Assembly: GCA_963665095.1 (NCBI GenBank)
Contig: OY762069.1
Span: 1,568,001-1,632,000, forward strand
Source of the DNA: an uncultured Desulfobacter sp.
GTDB taxonomy: Bacteria > Desulfobacterota > Desulfobacteria > Desulfobacterales > Desulfobacteraceae
Direction: 5' to 3'
DNA: 64,000 nucleotides
Of the stretch, positions 19,106-30,131 are shown one piece after another. The notes under the pieces are model-generated. The model was not told where the DNA came from. It searched no databases and saw only the letters and a list, made by a program, of their open reading frames with translations. The position numbers and the translations under genes are program-made. Positions within the stretch are counted from its first letter, which is position 1, and each line of letters begins with the position of its first letter.

Positions 19106-20896
19106 TTATTCGCTTTCTTTTTTCTCCGCTTCCAGTTTCTCCTGAATATTGGTTCTCAGGATCTCTCCAAATGCTGAGGCAGCTGGTTTTGCACTTTTGG
19201 CAATTTCTTCAAGATATCTGTCGTCGTCATCTTCATCCAGACGCTTAATGGACAACCCGATCCGTCTTTCATCAGAATTAATGTTCATCACCTTGGCAGT
19301 AATGGATTCTCCTATCTGATAGTGATCTTTAGGGCTCTTGATATTTTCCTTGCTGATTTCTGACACATGAACAAGGCCTTCAATACCCTCCTCAAGTTCT
19401 ACAAATACGCCGAAATCAGTCAGATTGGTAATCTCTCCGGAAATTTCCTTGCCCACTTCATACCGTTGGGCCACAGTTTCCCAAGGATCCACCTGGGTCT
19501 GTTTGATGCCAAGGGAGAATCTTTCATTGGCTTTGTCAATATCCAGAACAACTGCCTGAATGGTATCGTTCTTCTTGTAAATTTCAGAAGGATGTTTGAT
19601 CCGCTTGGTCCAGGAAATATCAGAGATGTGAACCAGGCCGTCAATGTCGTCATCAATACCGATGAACAGACCAAACTCTGTAATATTTTTAATTTTGCCT
19701 TCGATAATTGTCCCCACAGGGTATTTTTGGGAAATAACTTCCCAGGGATTTTCAACTGTCTGTTTGATACCCAGGGAAATCCTGCGGTTGTCGGGCTTGA
19801 TATCCAGCACAACCGCCTCAACCTGCTCACCCACAGCTACCATCTGGGATGGATGCCGGATCTTACGGGTCCAGGACATTTCAGATACATGAATAAGCCC
19901 TTCAACACCCTCTTCCAGCTCAATGAACGCACCGTAGTCTGTCAGGCTGACAACGCGGCCTTCAACTTTGGAGTTGACAGGATATTTTTCTGAAGCTGTG
20001 GTCCAGGGGTCAGGTGTCAGCTGCTTCATACCCAAGGATACGCGCTCCTTCTCAAAATCAAATGAGAGGATTTTCACATTGATCTGATCACCTACTGAAA
20101 AGAGTTCAGACGGGTGTTTAACCCGGCCCCAGGAGATATCAGTAATATGCAGAAGTCCGTCCACACCGCCAAGATCAACAAACACACCGTATTCGGTAAT
20201 ATTTTTAACAATACCTTCCATAACCTTGTCATTTTCAATGGCAGACAGGGTGGCAGACCGCATTTTCTCTCTTTCGGTTTCAAGTAGCACTCTGCGGGAC
20301 AGGACGATATTATTTCTTTTCTTGTTGTACTTGAGAATTTTAAAGGTATATGTCTGACCGACCATTTCATCCATATTGCGGATTGGGCGAAGGTCTGCCT
20401 GGCTTCCGGGAAGGAAGGCCTGCAGTCCGATGTCAACGGAGAATCCGCCTTTAACCCGGCTGGTGATCACACCTTCAATGGTGCCGTCATCATCATAGAT
20501 ATCTTTGATGGCATCCCAGACTTTTACCTTTTTGGCTTTGTCGCGGGACAGAAGAACCGTTTCTTCCTCTTCGTCCCAGACTTCAATCATAACCTCAAAC
20601 TCGTCGCCGACTTTGACGTTGACATTGCCGTCCTCACCAATGAATTCCTGAATAGAGATCTGTCCTTCTGATTTGTATCCCACATCCACAAGGACGGTTT
20701 CCCTGCCGACGGCGATCACAGTTCCGGTGACAACCTGTCCCTCTTCAAATTTACTGAGGCTGGACTCGTAAATATCCAGCAGTTCTTCCATGGTTTCTTC
20801 TCCGGTGAGCACAATTTCAGGCTCTTCCACCGCATTTTTAGTCTCTAATTCTTGATTCATGTTTTGGTTTTCGTTTTCTTCAGCAATGTTGTTCAT
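19106..20896 (-). CDS. rpsA: 30S ribosomal protein S1
   Basis: Six S1 repeats (YGVFVDLGGVDGLLHITDISW etc.). Confidence 0.98.
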   Translation of the reverse strand: MNNIAEENENQNMNQELETKNAVEEPEIVLTGEETMEELLDIYESSLSKFEEGQVVTGTVIAVGRETVLVDVGYKSEGQISIQEFIGEDGNVNVKVGDEFEVMIEVWDEEEETVLLSRDKAKKVKVWDAIKDIYDDDGTIEGVITSRVKGGFSVDIGLQAFLPGSQADLRPIRNMDEMVGQTYTFKILKYNKKRNNIVLSRRVLLETEREKMRSATLSAIENDKVMEGIVKNITEYGVFVDLGGVDGLLHITDISWGRVKHPSELFSVGDQINVKILSFDFEKERVSLGMKQLTPDPWTTASEKYPVNSKVEGRVVSLTDYGAFIELEEGVEGLIHVSEMSWTRKIRHPSQMVAVGEQVEAVVLDIKPDNRRISLGIKQTVENPWEVISQKYPVGTIIEGKIKNITEFGLFIGIDDDIDGLVHISDISWTKRIKHPSEIYKKNDTIQAVVLDIDKANERFSLGIKQTQVDPWETVAQRYEVGKEISGEITNLTDFGVFVELEEGIEGLVHVSEISKENIKSPKDHYQIGESITAKVMNINSDERRIGLSIKRLDEDDDDRYLEEIAKSAKPAASAFGEILRTNIQEKLEAEKKESE

Positions 20897-21044
20897 TAAT
20901 ATTAGTCCCCCTAATCGATGATGTTACCAGCCTTATGGATATTGAAGAAAAGATCGCAAAGGCTGGTACAATTGGTCCTTATATCAATGAGGAGAAGAAA
21001 AATCAAGGAATTTAGAAAAAGAAAATCAAAGAATTACAAAAAAT

Positions 21045-21704
21045 TTAAGCGGTTTCAATCACTGATTTCATTTTATCAACAACCTGTGAAGGACTTAAAC
21101 AGGTCACATCAATTATAATAGCATCCTCAGCCGGTTTTAAGGGGGATACCGCCCTTTGGGAATCGTCTGAATCCCGCTTTTTCATATCTTCAAGGATTTT
21201 CTCAAAGGGTATTTCCCCTGAATTTATTTCTTTAAATCGCCTTTTTGCACGGACCTGAACATCTGCTGTCAAAAAAAACTTAAAAGGGGCATGGGGAAAT
21301 ACAGCCGTCCCCATATCCCGACCTTCAAAAACAGCGTCCTGTTCCTGTGCTATGGATTTCTGAATGGTTAAAAGAGCCTGTCGGACCATGGGAGATGCAG
21401 ATGTGGCCGAGGCCAGCATACTGATATCATTGGTCCGGATAAATGCACTGATATCTCTACCCGCAGAGAGCAACACAGGATCCCGGCCGTCCCTGGAAAA
21501 TCTCAGATCCAACGTTCCGAGAAACAAACCAAGTGCCTTATCATCTTTCCAGTCAATGGCCTGACAGGCTATTTCATACGCTACCCCCCGGTACAGGGCT
21601 CCGGTGTCCACATAAACACAGCCAAGTTCCTGTGCAAGTGCCTTGGAAACGGTTGTCTTACCGGCCCCGGCCGGACCGTCAATTGTTATTATGCGCCAGC
21701 TCAT
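21045..21704 (-). CDS. cmk: Cytidylate kinase
   Basis: ITIDGPAGAGKTT, DTGALYR, EGRDMGT; start taken at MSWR (21704). Confidence 0.95.
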   Translation of the reverse strand: MSWRIITIDGPAGAGKTTVSKALAQELGCVYVDTGALYRGVAYEIACQAIDWKDDKALGLFLGTLDLRFSRDGRDPVLLSAGRDISAFIRTNDISMLASATSASPMVRQALLTIQKSIAQEQDAVFEGRDMGTAVFPHAPFKFFLTADVQVRAKRRFKEINSGEIPFEKILEDMKKRDSDDSQRAVSPLKPAEDAIIIDVTCLSPSQVVDKMKSVIETA

Positions 21705-21727
21705 ACAATTTTCCTTTGCGCTGTTGA

Positions 21728-22816
21728 TCACTTTATTACGCTGACAAGGGCATCTACACATTTTTGATTTTCTGTGGCTGTGCCCGTGTTGATCCGCAAA
21801 AAAGTATCAAATCCATAGGATGCCAGGGACCGGACCACAACGCCTTTATACAATAGTTTTTTACTGATCTCAGAAGCGTTGGACCCCACATTAACCATCA
21901 GAAAATTGGCCTGAGTCGGCAGTACCTCAAAACCGGCATTTGACAGTTCCCGGGTCAAAAAATCGATCCCTTCATGAATGCCTTTGACGGTTTCGTTTAA
22001 AAACACGCTATCTTCAAGCGCAGCCTGAGCTGCCGCCTGGGCCAGGGTATTTACGTTAAAGGGCTGCCGTATCCGGTTTAATATTTCGGCAATCTGCCTG
22101 TCCATAATCCCGTATCCGACACGGTAACCGGCCAGGCCGTATGCCTTTGAAAATGTTCTGATGGTCACGATCCGCGGATCTGCCAGCGGGGTCTCAAGGG
22201 AATTATACACAGAATCATCACGGACAAATTCAATGTACGCTTCATCAACAACAATAAGAATATTGTCAGGCAGCTGATCTGCAAAGCGTTGAAATGCATC
22301 TTTTGTGATTACGGCACCGGTGGGATTGAATGGATTGGTGATAAACACCAGTTTTGTTTCAGGAGTGACCGCTGTCACAAGCCCATCAAGATTGGTGGAA
22401 TAATCAACCAGAGGCACCATAACCGGCACCCCTTTGGCAGTTTTAACACTGATCTCGTACATAAGAAATGACGGCAGGGGCATAACAGCCTGCTGTCCGG
22501 GATCAAGAAAGCCGTGGGCCAGCAAGGCAATGATATCATCTGAACCATTGCCAATAACCAGGTTGTCCATATCAATATGATATTTTTGTGCCAGTTTTTC
22601 ACATAAAGAAAAAGGGACAGGATCGGGATACCGGTTCATCAAAGATAGGTTTGACTGTACAGCCTCATCCACTTTAGGAGAACACCCAAAAGGATTTTCA
22701 TTGGAAGCAAGCTTAACTGCATTGGATATGCCGTACTCCCGTTCCACTTCGCTTAATGGCTTGCCTGCTTCATAGGGCTTTATGGTCTTGACGGACTCAC
22801 TGGTGTTAATCAGCAT
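21728..22816 (-). CDS. hisC: Histidinol-phosphate aminotransferase
   Basis: KLASNENP, GNGSD, NPFNPTG, DEAY, RTFSKAYGLAG; start taken at MLINT (22816). Confidence 0.93.
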   Translation of the reverse strand: MLINTSESVKTIKPYEAGKPLSEVEREYGISNAVKLASNENPFGCSPKVDEAVQSNLSLMNRYPDPVPFSLCEKLAQKYHIDMDNLVIGNGSDDIIALLAHGFLDPGQQAVMPLPSFLMYEISVKTAKGVPVMVPLVDYSTNLDGLVTAVTPETKLVFITNPFNPTGAVITKDAFQRFADQLPDNILIVVDEAYIEFVRDDSVYNSLETPLADPRIVTIRTFSKAYGLAGYRVGYGIMDRQIAEILNRIRQPFNVNTLAQAAAQAALEDSVFLNETVKGIHEGIDFLTRELSNAGFEVLPTQANFLMVNVGSNASEISKKLLYKGVVVRSLASYGFDTFLRINTGTATENQKCVDALVSVIK

Positions 22817-23078
22817 GAAAAATATACTCCATTGGCTTTGTTCTTGTTGGATCTTCTTCATGGAACTTTTTATATCGTCCGGATAATATAAATTCCATAG
22901 AAGGTACAATTAATTAGTTAGGATTTAAATTTTTGTCAACACCTGTGAGACAGCCTAAAACTTTGTTACTATGCAGTTTAAGGTTCTAACTGTTTTCCCA
23001 GGAGTCAGGATCTTTGACATAATAGATAAAAACAGATCTCAAAACAGCATTTTTCAAAATTTAAGGATAAGATAGTTT

Positions 23079-24263
23079 ATGAACAAGACTGGCCCACAGG
23101 TGAAAACAGGACTTGACATGCTAATAAATAATCCGCCTGAAAACTTAAAGGGGCAACGCATAGGCCTTTTGGCAAACCCCGCTTCTGTGGCAGAAGGGTT
23201 TATTCATGCCAGAGACGTTTTAAATCAATTGTATCCCGGACAGCTTACGGCCCTTTATTCCCCCCAGCACGGTTTTTTTGCCGAAAAACAGGATAATATG
23301 ATAGAGTCTGGACACTTCTCAGACCCTGATCTTGATATACCGGTTTTCAGTCTTTACAGTGAAACCCGAATCCCGACACCAGACATGTTTGACCCCATCG
23401 ACACCCTGGTTATTGATATCCAGGATGTGGGCACCCGGGTGTATACCTTTATTTATACTATCTCGTACTGCCTTGAGGTGGCAGCGGATCTTGGAAAAGC
23501 CATTGTCATTCTTGACCGGCCCAACCCCATTGGCGGAACCCAGATAGAAGGCAATATCCTTGAAAGCGAGTACAGATCTTTTGTGGGGCGCTTTCCCATC
23601 CCCATGCGCCACGGCATGACAGTGGGAGAGTTATCCGTATTCATCAACCAGACCCGGGAAATCGACTGCAACCTCACTGTTATTCCAATGAAAGAGTGGC
23701 GCAGAAAAATGTACTGGACAGACACCAATCTGGTATGGATACCCCCTTCACCGAATCTGCCCACCCCGTTTTCTGCCATGGTATACCCCGGGCAGGTTAT
23801 TTTTGAAGGTACAAATATCTCAGAAGGGAGAGGGACCACCCTGCCCTTTGAACAGTTCGGAGCCCCTTTTATCGATGTGAGCAATTTAAAACGCCGTGTT
23901 GCAGAACGAATCAAAGGAGCTGTCCTGCGGCCGGTATGTTTTGAGCCGACATCAGGTAAATGGTGCAATCAAGTCTGCAATGGATTTCATATTCATGTTA
24001 TTGACAAGGATCTTTATAAGCCCTATCTGGCATCGCTGATTCTGATGCAGGAAATTGCCCGGGCCCACCCCGATGCGTTTGCATTTAAATCACCACCCTA
24101 TGAATATGAATACGAACGTATGCCCATGGATCTAATCTTAGGTAGCCGGACATTAAGAGAAAACATTGCTGCCATGAAAAAACCGGAATTTCTGGAACAT
24201 GAATGGCAAAACCCATTGAAGGAATTTAAGGAGACGGCCAGAGAATTTTATCTGTATGCCTGA
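23079..24263 (+). CDS. namZ: DUF1343 exo-beta-N-acetylmuramidase NamZ-like protein
   Basis: SPQHG, DIQDVGTRVYT, LDRPNP, PMRHGMTVGE, SPNLP, SEGRGT. Confidence 0.88.
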   Translation: MNKTGPQVKTGLDMLINNPPENLKGQRIGLLANPASVAEGFIHARDVLNQLYPGQLTALYSPQHGFFAEKQDNMIESGHFSDPDLDIPVFSLYSETRIPTPDMFDPIDTLVIDIQDVGTRVYTFIYTISYCLEVAADLGKAIVILDRPNPIGGTQIEGNILESEYRSFVGRFPIPMRHGMTVGELSVFINQTREIDCNLTVIPMKEWRRKMYWTDTNLVWIPPSPNLPTPFSAMVYPGQVIFEGTNISEGRGTTLPFEQFGAPFIDVSNLKRRVAERIKGAVLRPVCFEPTSGKWCNQVCNGFHIHVIDKDLYKPYLASLILMQEIARAHPDAFAFKSPPYEYEYERMPMDLILGSRTLRENIAAMKKPEFLEHEWQNPLKEFKETAREFYLYA

Positions 24264-24289
24264 TCAACCTGGTACAAAAGTGCTCAAAT

Positions 24290-24323
24290 AAAAAAACCGT
24301 GGCTATCTGCCACGGTTTTTTTT
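24290..24323. terminator. Bidirectional intrinsic terminator
   Basis: A-run-CCGTGGC-TATCT-GCCACGG-T-run between convergent genes. Confidence 0.85.
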
Positions 24324-24365
24324 AAATTATCTCAAAAACCGGTAAATCCGGAAAATGATCCGAAT

Positions 24366-24629
24366 TTACTTGCTGCTTTTCAATTCAGCCAGTTCTTTTT
24401 CAAGCTCAGCGATTTTAGACTTGTCATCATCAGCAGGAGCATCAACACCGTCATCGTTCTTCCAGGAGTCTTTCAACTCGTCAAACCCAAGGTAAAGAGC
24501 AAGGCCACCGCCGAGCAGAAGCACAGGGGGGATACATCCGCACAGAAGATTTACGAATTCACCAAACCAAACAGCTAAACCAACAACACCGAGAAGAACT
24601 GCAATAGCTCCGCCAATTAACGTTTTCAT
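24366..24629 (-). CDS. Small two-TM membrane protein with coiled-coil tail
   Basis: AGGAGG RBS, two hydrophobic segments, KIAELEKELAELK. Confidence 0.75.
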   Translation of the reverse strand: MKTLIGGAIAVLLGVVGLAVWFGEFVNLLCGCIPPVLLLGGGLALYLGFDELKDSWKNDDGVDAPADDDKSKIAELEKELAELKSSK

Positions 24630-24943
24630 AGGTTGTCCTCCTTAAATTCCCATCTTACATTTAATAGGTGATACATACTCGTTTAAGAATGCTTATTTCA
24701 ATAGATGAGGAAAAATATCACAGGCCCCTGATTTTATCAAGGCGTTTTTGGTCTTAAATCAATAGCAATAGAAAGCTTTTTATTTCAAGCAGTTAACGAA
24801 ACACATCCCCCCTTTCCCAACCTTTTTATCAAAAATTATCATATTGCCATGTCAATCAAGCTCTGGTATTGATTTAACCCGAAAAGCGGTTGAAAAAACG
24901 GCCGGACGCTTCCGGACTCCGATGGAAATAAAGGAACCTCCCC

Positions 24944-27589
24944 ATGAGTTTGTTTACACCGATTGAAAATATATTCGCAACCACCCGGGTAAAAATACGC
25001 AAATCCGTCAACTACCTTCTCAATGATACCCAGGATTATTATTCAAACTATTATCCAGGCACCCAAAGTTTTATTGTAAAAAAAATCCTAAACCGGCTCG
25101 TAAAAAAAATATGCATTGATGACCATACCCTCGAAAGAATAAAAACCATTCCTGAAGACGCTGTGGTTATATTTGCATGTAAAAATAAGCATATTTTTGA
25201 CTTTCTATATTTTAACACCCTGTTTAAGCCTCTGGGCTATCCTTTCCCGGAACTTGGGTTTGATGTAAAATTCTTTTTTCTTCAACCGATAAAACAGCTT
25301 GGCCGTATCATGATTGCCCAGCTGGACCATTACTTACATCATTTCGGTTTCAAAGATATCTACTCATCCGGATATGCAAAAAAAATGCTTCTGGACAACC
25401 GGGCCGGTTTTTTAACACTGATTGAGGAGGACCAGTTTTACGACCGGTTTATAAAATCCACACCTGATCCTTTGTTCCACCTGATCGAACTGCAGAATCA
25501 GATTGACCGGCCTGTGGTCATCTTGCCCGAGGACATCATTTACATTACAAAGCCCATGCATAAAAACCCAAGCCTTGCTGATATTCTTTTCGGCACCCAT
25601 GAAAAGCCCGGGCGAATCAAGCGGATTATCACCATGCTGCGCCACCCTGAAAAAATCCGTGTGGAAGTGGCCCGGCCTGTGAACCTGAAAAAATTTCTGG
25701 CGCAACCTGAAATCCAGCGACTGGATTCGGAATTTCAAACCCACCGGCTCAGAAGCCATATCGTGGATGTATTAAACAGACAGCGTAAAAGCATCACAGG
25801 ACCCGTTCTTAAGTCAAGACATGAAATAACTGAGGATATATTAAACAGGAAGAATCTCAGGGAATTTTTAGCTTCCTATGCCGATCAGACAAATACCCCC
25901 TTACGCAAAGTAAATAAAAAGGCTGCCGGTTACATCCAGGAAATTGCCGCCAACTATAACCTACGGGTGATCAATTTTTTAAACTGGCTTTTAACATGGG
26001 TTTTCAAAAATATTTTTGAAGGTGTTTCTGTCTCACAGGAAGAGATCAACATGCTGCGTGACACCTATACCAAAGCGCCGCTGATTCTGATTCCCTGTCA
26101 TAAAAGCCATCTGGATTACCTGCTTTTACCCTATGTCATGTTCAGGAATAATATGCCCTGCCCCCACATTGCGGCAGGCAAAAATCTCTCCTTCTGGCCC
26201 CTTGGCCCCATATTCCGGGGTGGCGGTGCTTTTTTCCTGCGGCGCACATTCAAAGGGGCTGAGCTTTACGCCCGCATGTTTGCCGCCTATATTGAAAAGC
26301 TTCTTTATGAAGGCTTCAATATTAAGATTTACATCGAAGGTGGCAGAAGCCGTACCGGCAAACTGCTTCCTCCAAAAACAGGCGGGCTTTCAATGATCAT
26401 CCGCGCCTTTTTAAACGGGGCCTGTGAAAATCTATATTTTGTCCCCATTTATGTGGGATATGACAGGGTTCTGGAAGAAGACGCCTACCTCAAGGAAATT
26501 GAAGGCGGGAAAAAAACGCCGGAAAACCTTAAAGGTCTTTTAAATACCCGGAAATTTTTAAAACGAAAATATGGGAAGGTCTATCTTAAATTTGATGACC
26601 CTATTTCCATAAACGACTATATGGCTGAAAAAGGGGTGGATCTGCACCGGGCCTCCCAGGGCGAGTTCATGGATTTTGTCAAACGGTTCGGCTACAAGCT
26701 GATTAATTCCATCAATGACAACACTGTGGCAACCCCCCACGGCATCATTGCATCCGCCATCCTTAACTGTTCTGAGAGCACTTTTACAAAGGAGCAGATG
26801 TTTTCCCGGGTGACAACATACATGAACCATCTGGCCTTTCATGGATCTTACCTGTCCGACACCCTGATTCTTGACCAGGACAATGCCTTTGATTCTGTAA
26901 TTGAGAACTTTCTGTCACGAAATTTCATAGAGCTGGCAGATGAAGATGAAGATGACATTACAGACACCACCATGCTCATTGTCAAACATAACAAAAGGCC
27001 TGTTCTGGACTACTATAAAAATTCCGTTATCTGTTTTTTTGTCTCTGCCGCGTATACGGCCACGGCAATCATAGAAACAGACCGGTTTACATTTGAAATG
27101 GAGGAACTGGTAACTCGGTATAAATTCCTGCAAACCATGTTTACAGATGAATTTTCATTTAACGAAGAAATCACAACTGAAGCACAGATTTCAAAAACGC
27201 TCAAAGGGTTTATCAATGAAGGCATCCTGGTGCCGAATGCTGAATACCCTGATATGCTCGATGTAACAAGCGAAGGGTTAAGAAAACTGAAATGCTTTGC
27301 AGCGTTCCTGATTCCATTTTTCGAGTCCTATATGACCTGTCTGGTCTTCCTGGAAAAGGAAAAAACTGACAAGTATGATGTCAAAGAGCGCACCAAAAAG
27401 CTTTTGTCCTTTGGTTCCAAACTGTACAAGCGCAATCAGGTGGTCAGAAAAGAGTCGTTATCCCTGATCAACTACCGCAATGCCGTGAATTATTTTGCCA
27501 GAAATGACATCAACGGTTCAGCAGACCAGGAGCGGATAGATGAATATAAAGAAATTATTGACCGGCTTTCCCGGCGGATTTCAGGCTGA
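24944..27589 (+). CDS. plsB: Glycerol-3-phosphate acyltransferase (PlsB-like)
   Basis: PCHKSHLDY (HX4D), AAGKNL, GAFFLRR, IEGGRSRTGK. Confidence 0.9.
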   Translation: MSLFTPIENIFATTRVKIRKSVNYLLNDTQDYYSNYYPGTQSFIVKKILNRLVKKICIDDHTLERIKTIPEDAVVIFACKNKHIFDFLYFNTLFKPLGYPFPELGFDVKFFFLQPIKQLGRIMIAQLDHYLHHFGFKDIYSSGYAKKMLLDNRAGFLTLIEEDQFYDRFIKSTPDPLFHLIELQNQIDRPVVILPEDIIYITKPMHKNPSLADILFGTHEKPGRIKRIITMLRHPEKIRVEVARPVNLKKFLAQPEIQRLDSEFQTHRLRSHIVDVLNRQRKSITGPVLKSRHEITEDILNRKNLREFLASYADQTNTPLRKVNKKAAGYIQEIAANYNLRVINFLNWLLTWVFKNIFEGVSVSQEEINMLRDTYTKAPLILIPCHKSHLDYLLLPYVMFRNNMPCPHIAAGKNLSFWPLGPIFRGGGAFFLRRTFKGAELYARMFAAYIEKLLYEGFNIKIYIEGGRSRTGKLLPPKTGGLSMIIRAFLNGACENLYFVPIYVGYDRVLEEDAYLKEIEGGKKTPENLKGLLNTRKFLKRKYGKVYLKFDDPISINDYMAEKGVDLHRASQGEFMDFVKRFGYKLINSINDNTVATPHGIIASAILNCSESTFTKEQMFSRVTTYMNHLAFHGSYLSDTLILDQDNAFDSVIENFLSRNFIELADEDEDDITDTTMLIVKHNKRPVLDYYKNSVICFFVSAAYTATAIIETDRFTFEMEELVTRYKFLQTMFTDEFSFNEEITTEAQISKTLKGFINEGILVPNAEYPDMLDVTSEGLRKLKCFAAFLIPFFESYMTCLVFLEKEKTDKYDVKERTKKLLSFGSKLYKRNQVVRKESLSLINYRNAVNYFARNDINGSADQERIDEYKEIIDRLSRRISG

Positions 27590-27595
27590 TATTTT

Positions 27596-29287
27596 GTGAA
27601 AGCTCTGATACTTGCGGCCGGATACGGGACCAGGCTTGCGCCTTATACAGATCAGGTGCCCAAGCCTCTTTTCACCATCACCGGCCGCCCTGTAATGGAT
27701 TTTGCTATTCAGCAACTGCTGGATGCAGGGTGTACCAAAATTTTTATCAACACCCATCATCTGGCGTCACAGATTGAACAATTTGTTGATGCCCATCCGT
27801 CAAAAAAGTTTCTGGAAACAGTGTATGAGCCTGAAATTCTGGAAACCGGCGGTGCCATGGCCAATCTTGCCAAAAAGTTAAATCAGGATGACTTTCTTGT
27901 TATCAATGCAGACGTGCTTTGTGATTTTGACCTGTCCGGTCTCATGTCCTGCCACAAGGCATCCGGAGCCGTTGCCACCCTTCTGGTTCACGACTGCCCC
28001 CGGTTTAACAAACTTTGTGTGGAAAAAACCGGTACTGAAACCGCGTGGGTCAGACATTTTACCGAGCCCCCGGAAACCGGCCTGGCTTTCACAGGCATCC
28101 AGGCAGTTTCACCTGACATTTTTGGACATATGCCGTCAAAAAAAGTTTTTTCAAGCATTGATGTGTACCAAAAGCTGAGTAGTCAAAAAAAGGTCCTTGC
28201 CCTGATGGCAAACCAGCTCTACTGGCGGGATATGGGAACACCTGAAGATTATCAGGATACAGCCAGAGTATGGCTGGCAGCCGCCTTGTTTCATCTGCCG
28301 CCGTCCCGATTTCATGAAATTAAAATATCCCTCATTGCCGGAGACGGCTCCGACCGTAGCTGGTATCGTGCCTGCCACGGGAATGACAGCCTGATTCTGT
28401 CAGACCACGGTATCTGCATTGAACCCTGTGGAAACAATAACCCGCCGGCCCAACTCAATGCCTTTGTAAAAATCGGAGCCCATCTGGCACGGCAGGGCGT
28501 TGCCGTTCCTGAAATATACGGTCATGATACCATTTCAGGCCAGGTCGCCGTACAGGATCTTGGTCCCGTCCGCCTGGCAGAGCATATCAAGGATCTTGGA
28601 GAAAAAGATACAATCTATTGGTATGACAAAGTTATTGGTGGACTGATTGATTTTTCTTTTAACGGCATAATGGACTTCAATCCGGCATGGACCTGCCAGA
28701 CGCCCACCTACAGTGAACAGGTGATCATGGATCTGGAATGCCGGTATTTTATGGAGGCGTTTGTTAACACCTATCTGGGCTGTAAAGCACAATTTGAAAA
28801 TTTCAGACAGGCATTTTCCCATATTGCCGAAAACGCCCTGGCCCACGGAATAACCGGGCTGATGCACAGAGACTGCCAGTCAAAAAATATTATGATTCAT
28901 AATGACGCCATATGGTTTATTGATTTTCAGTCCGCACGTCTCGGCCCCATTCAGTATGACCTTGCTTCCCTTTTTATTGATCCCTATGTTACACTACCCC
29001 GAACTGTCCAGGACCGGCTGCTGGAAATGGCCATTGATAAAATTGGCGCGAAAACGTCCTTTGACAGATTAAATTTTACACGCACCTATCAATATTGCTG
29101 CCTGTCACGCAACCTGCAGATACTGGGTGCTTTTGGTTTTCTGACGCGTATAAAAAAGAAACCCGGCTTTCAGCAGTTTATACCGCCGGCCCTGACAGGG
29201 CTTGACATGCGGTTAACTGAAATTGGAGACCCTGAACTTTCGGACCTGACCCGGTTGGTCAGAGATCTGCTAGGAGAATTTTCATGA
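27596..29287 (+). CDS. Fusion of MurU-like nucleotidyltransferase and AmgK-like anomeric sugar kinase (APH fold)
   Basis: N-half KALILAAGYGTRL.P.T...PKPL, ETGG, FTGI, W.DMGTP; C-half GDGSDRSWYR, QDLG, HRDCQSKNIM, IDFQSA..GP..YDLAS. Confidence 0.85.
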   Translation: MKALILAAGYGTRLAPYTDQVPKPLFTITGRPVMDFAIQQLLDAGCTKIFINTHHLASQIEQFVDAHPSKKFLETVYEPEILETGGAMANLAKKLNQDDFLVINADVLCDFDLSGLMSCHKASGAVATLLVHDCPRFNKLCVEKTGTETAWVRHFTEPPETGLAFTGIQAVSPDIFGHMPSKKVFSSIDVYQKLSSQKKVLALMANQLYWRDMGTPEDYQDTARVWLAAALFHLPPSRFHEIKISLIAGDGSDRSWYRACHGNDSLILSDHGICIEPCGNNNPPAQLNAFVKIGAHLARQGVAVPEIYGHDTISGQVAVQDLGPVRLAEHIKDLGEKDTIYWYDKVIGGLIDFSFNGIMDFNPAWTCQTPTYSEQVIMDLECRYFMEAFVNTYLGCKAQFENFRQAFSHIAENALAHGITGLMHRDCQSKNIMIHNDAIWFIDFQSARLGPIQYDLASLFIDPYVTLPRTVQDRLLEMAIDKIGAKTSFDRLNFTRTYQYCCLSRNLQILGAFGFLTRIKKKPGFQQFIPPALTGLDMRLTEIGDPELSDLTRLVRDLLGEFS

Positions 29288-30120
29288 GTTCCGTCCCTGT
29301 TATGATTAACGGTTTACCCGGAAAAGTGGCCGACGTTATTGCCACGGCCGTGCTTGCAGATGCGCGTTTTTCCATAGTGCCCTACTCTCTGACCGGAGAA
29401 GATATTCCTGATACAAAAACCAGTATCGGGACAACTGAAATTATCCTTTTAAAACCCAGTGCCCGGGAAACCGCGATTACTGGAATCATAGATGCCTATC
29501 CCGGCCTCATCAGCGTGGACTATACCCACCCAAGTGCCGTAAATGGCAACGCTGTGTTTTATACCAAGCACCACATACCCTTTGTCATGGGCACCACCGG
29601 GGGAGACAGAGATGCCCTTGAAAGAACGGTTAACGCAGGAAAAACACCGGCGGTCATTGCCCCGAACATGGCCAAACAGATCGTGGGACTTCAGGCCATG
29701 ATGGAATACGGGGCAAAAACTTTTCCAGGGTTGTTTGCAGGGTATTCACTGGAAGTTACAGAAAGCCATCAGCAATCAAAAGCTGACACATCCGGTACGG
29801 CCAAAGCCCTGGTGGCCTGTTTTAAAGAGCTTGGAAGTGATTTTGATGTCTCCCGGATTCAAAAAATAAGGGATCCTGAGATACAAAAAGAAAAATTGGG
29901 CATTCCGGAGCAATACCTGGGAGGTCATGGCTGGCATACATATACGCTGAAAGCACAGGACGGCTCGGCGTTGTTTGAAATTACCCACAATATTAACGGC
30001 AGGCAGATTTATGTATCCGGAACCCTTGATGCTGTAGTGTTTTTGCATGGGATAGCAGCCACCCACGTCTCGGATAAAAAAATTTTTACCATGATTGATG
30101 TACTATCCAACCCCAGGTAA
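29284..30120 (+). CDS. dapB: 4-hydroxy-tetrahydrodipicolinate reductase (plant-like subtype)
   Basis: MINGLPGK, VDYTHP, FVMGTTGGDR, IAPNMAKQIV, ESHQQSKADTSGTAKA. Confidence 0.88.
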   Translation: MSSVPVMINGLPGKVADVIATAVLADARFSIVPYSLTGEDIPDTKTSIGTTEIILLKPSARETAITGIIDAYPGLISVDYTHPSAVNGNAVFYTKHHIPFVMGTTGGDRDALERTVNAGKTPAVIAPNMAKQIVGLQAMMEYGAKTFPGLFAGYSLEVTESHQQSKADTSGTAKALVACFKELGSDFDVSRIQKIRDPEIQKEKLGIPEQYLGGHGWHTYTLKAQDGSALFEITHNINGRQIYVSGTLDAVVFLHGIAATHVSDKKIFTMIDVLSNPR

Positions 30121-30131
30121 TTGAGGTTATT

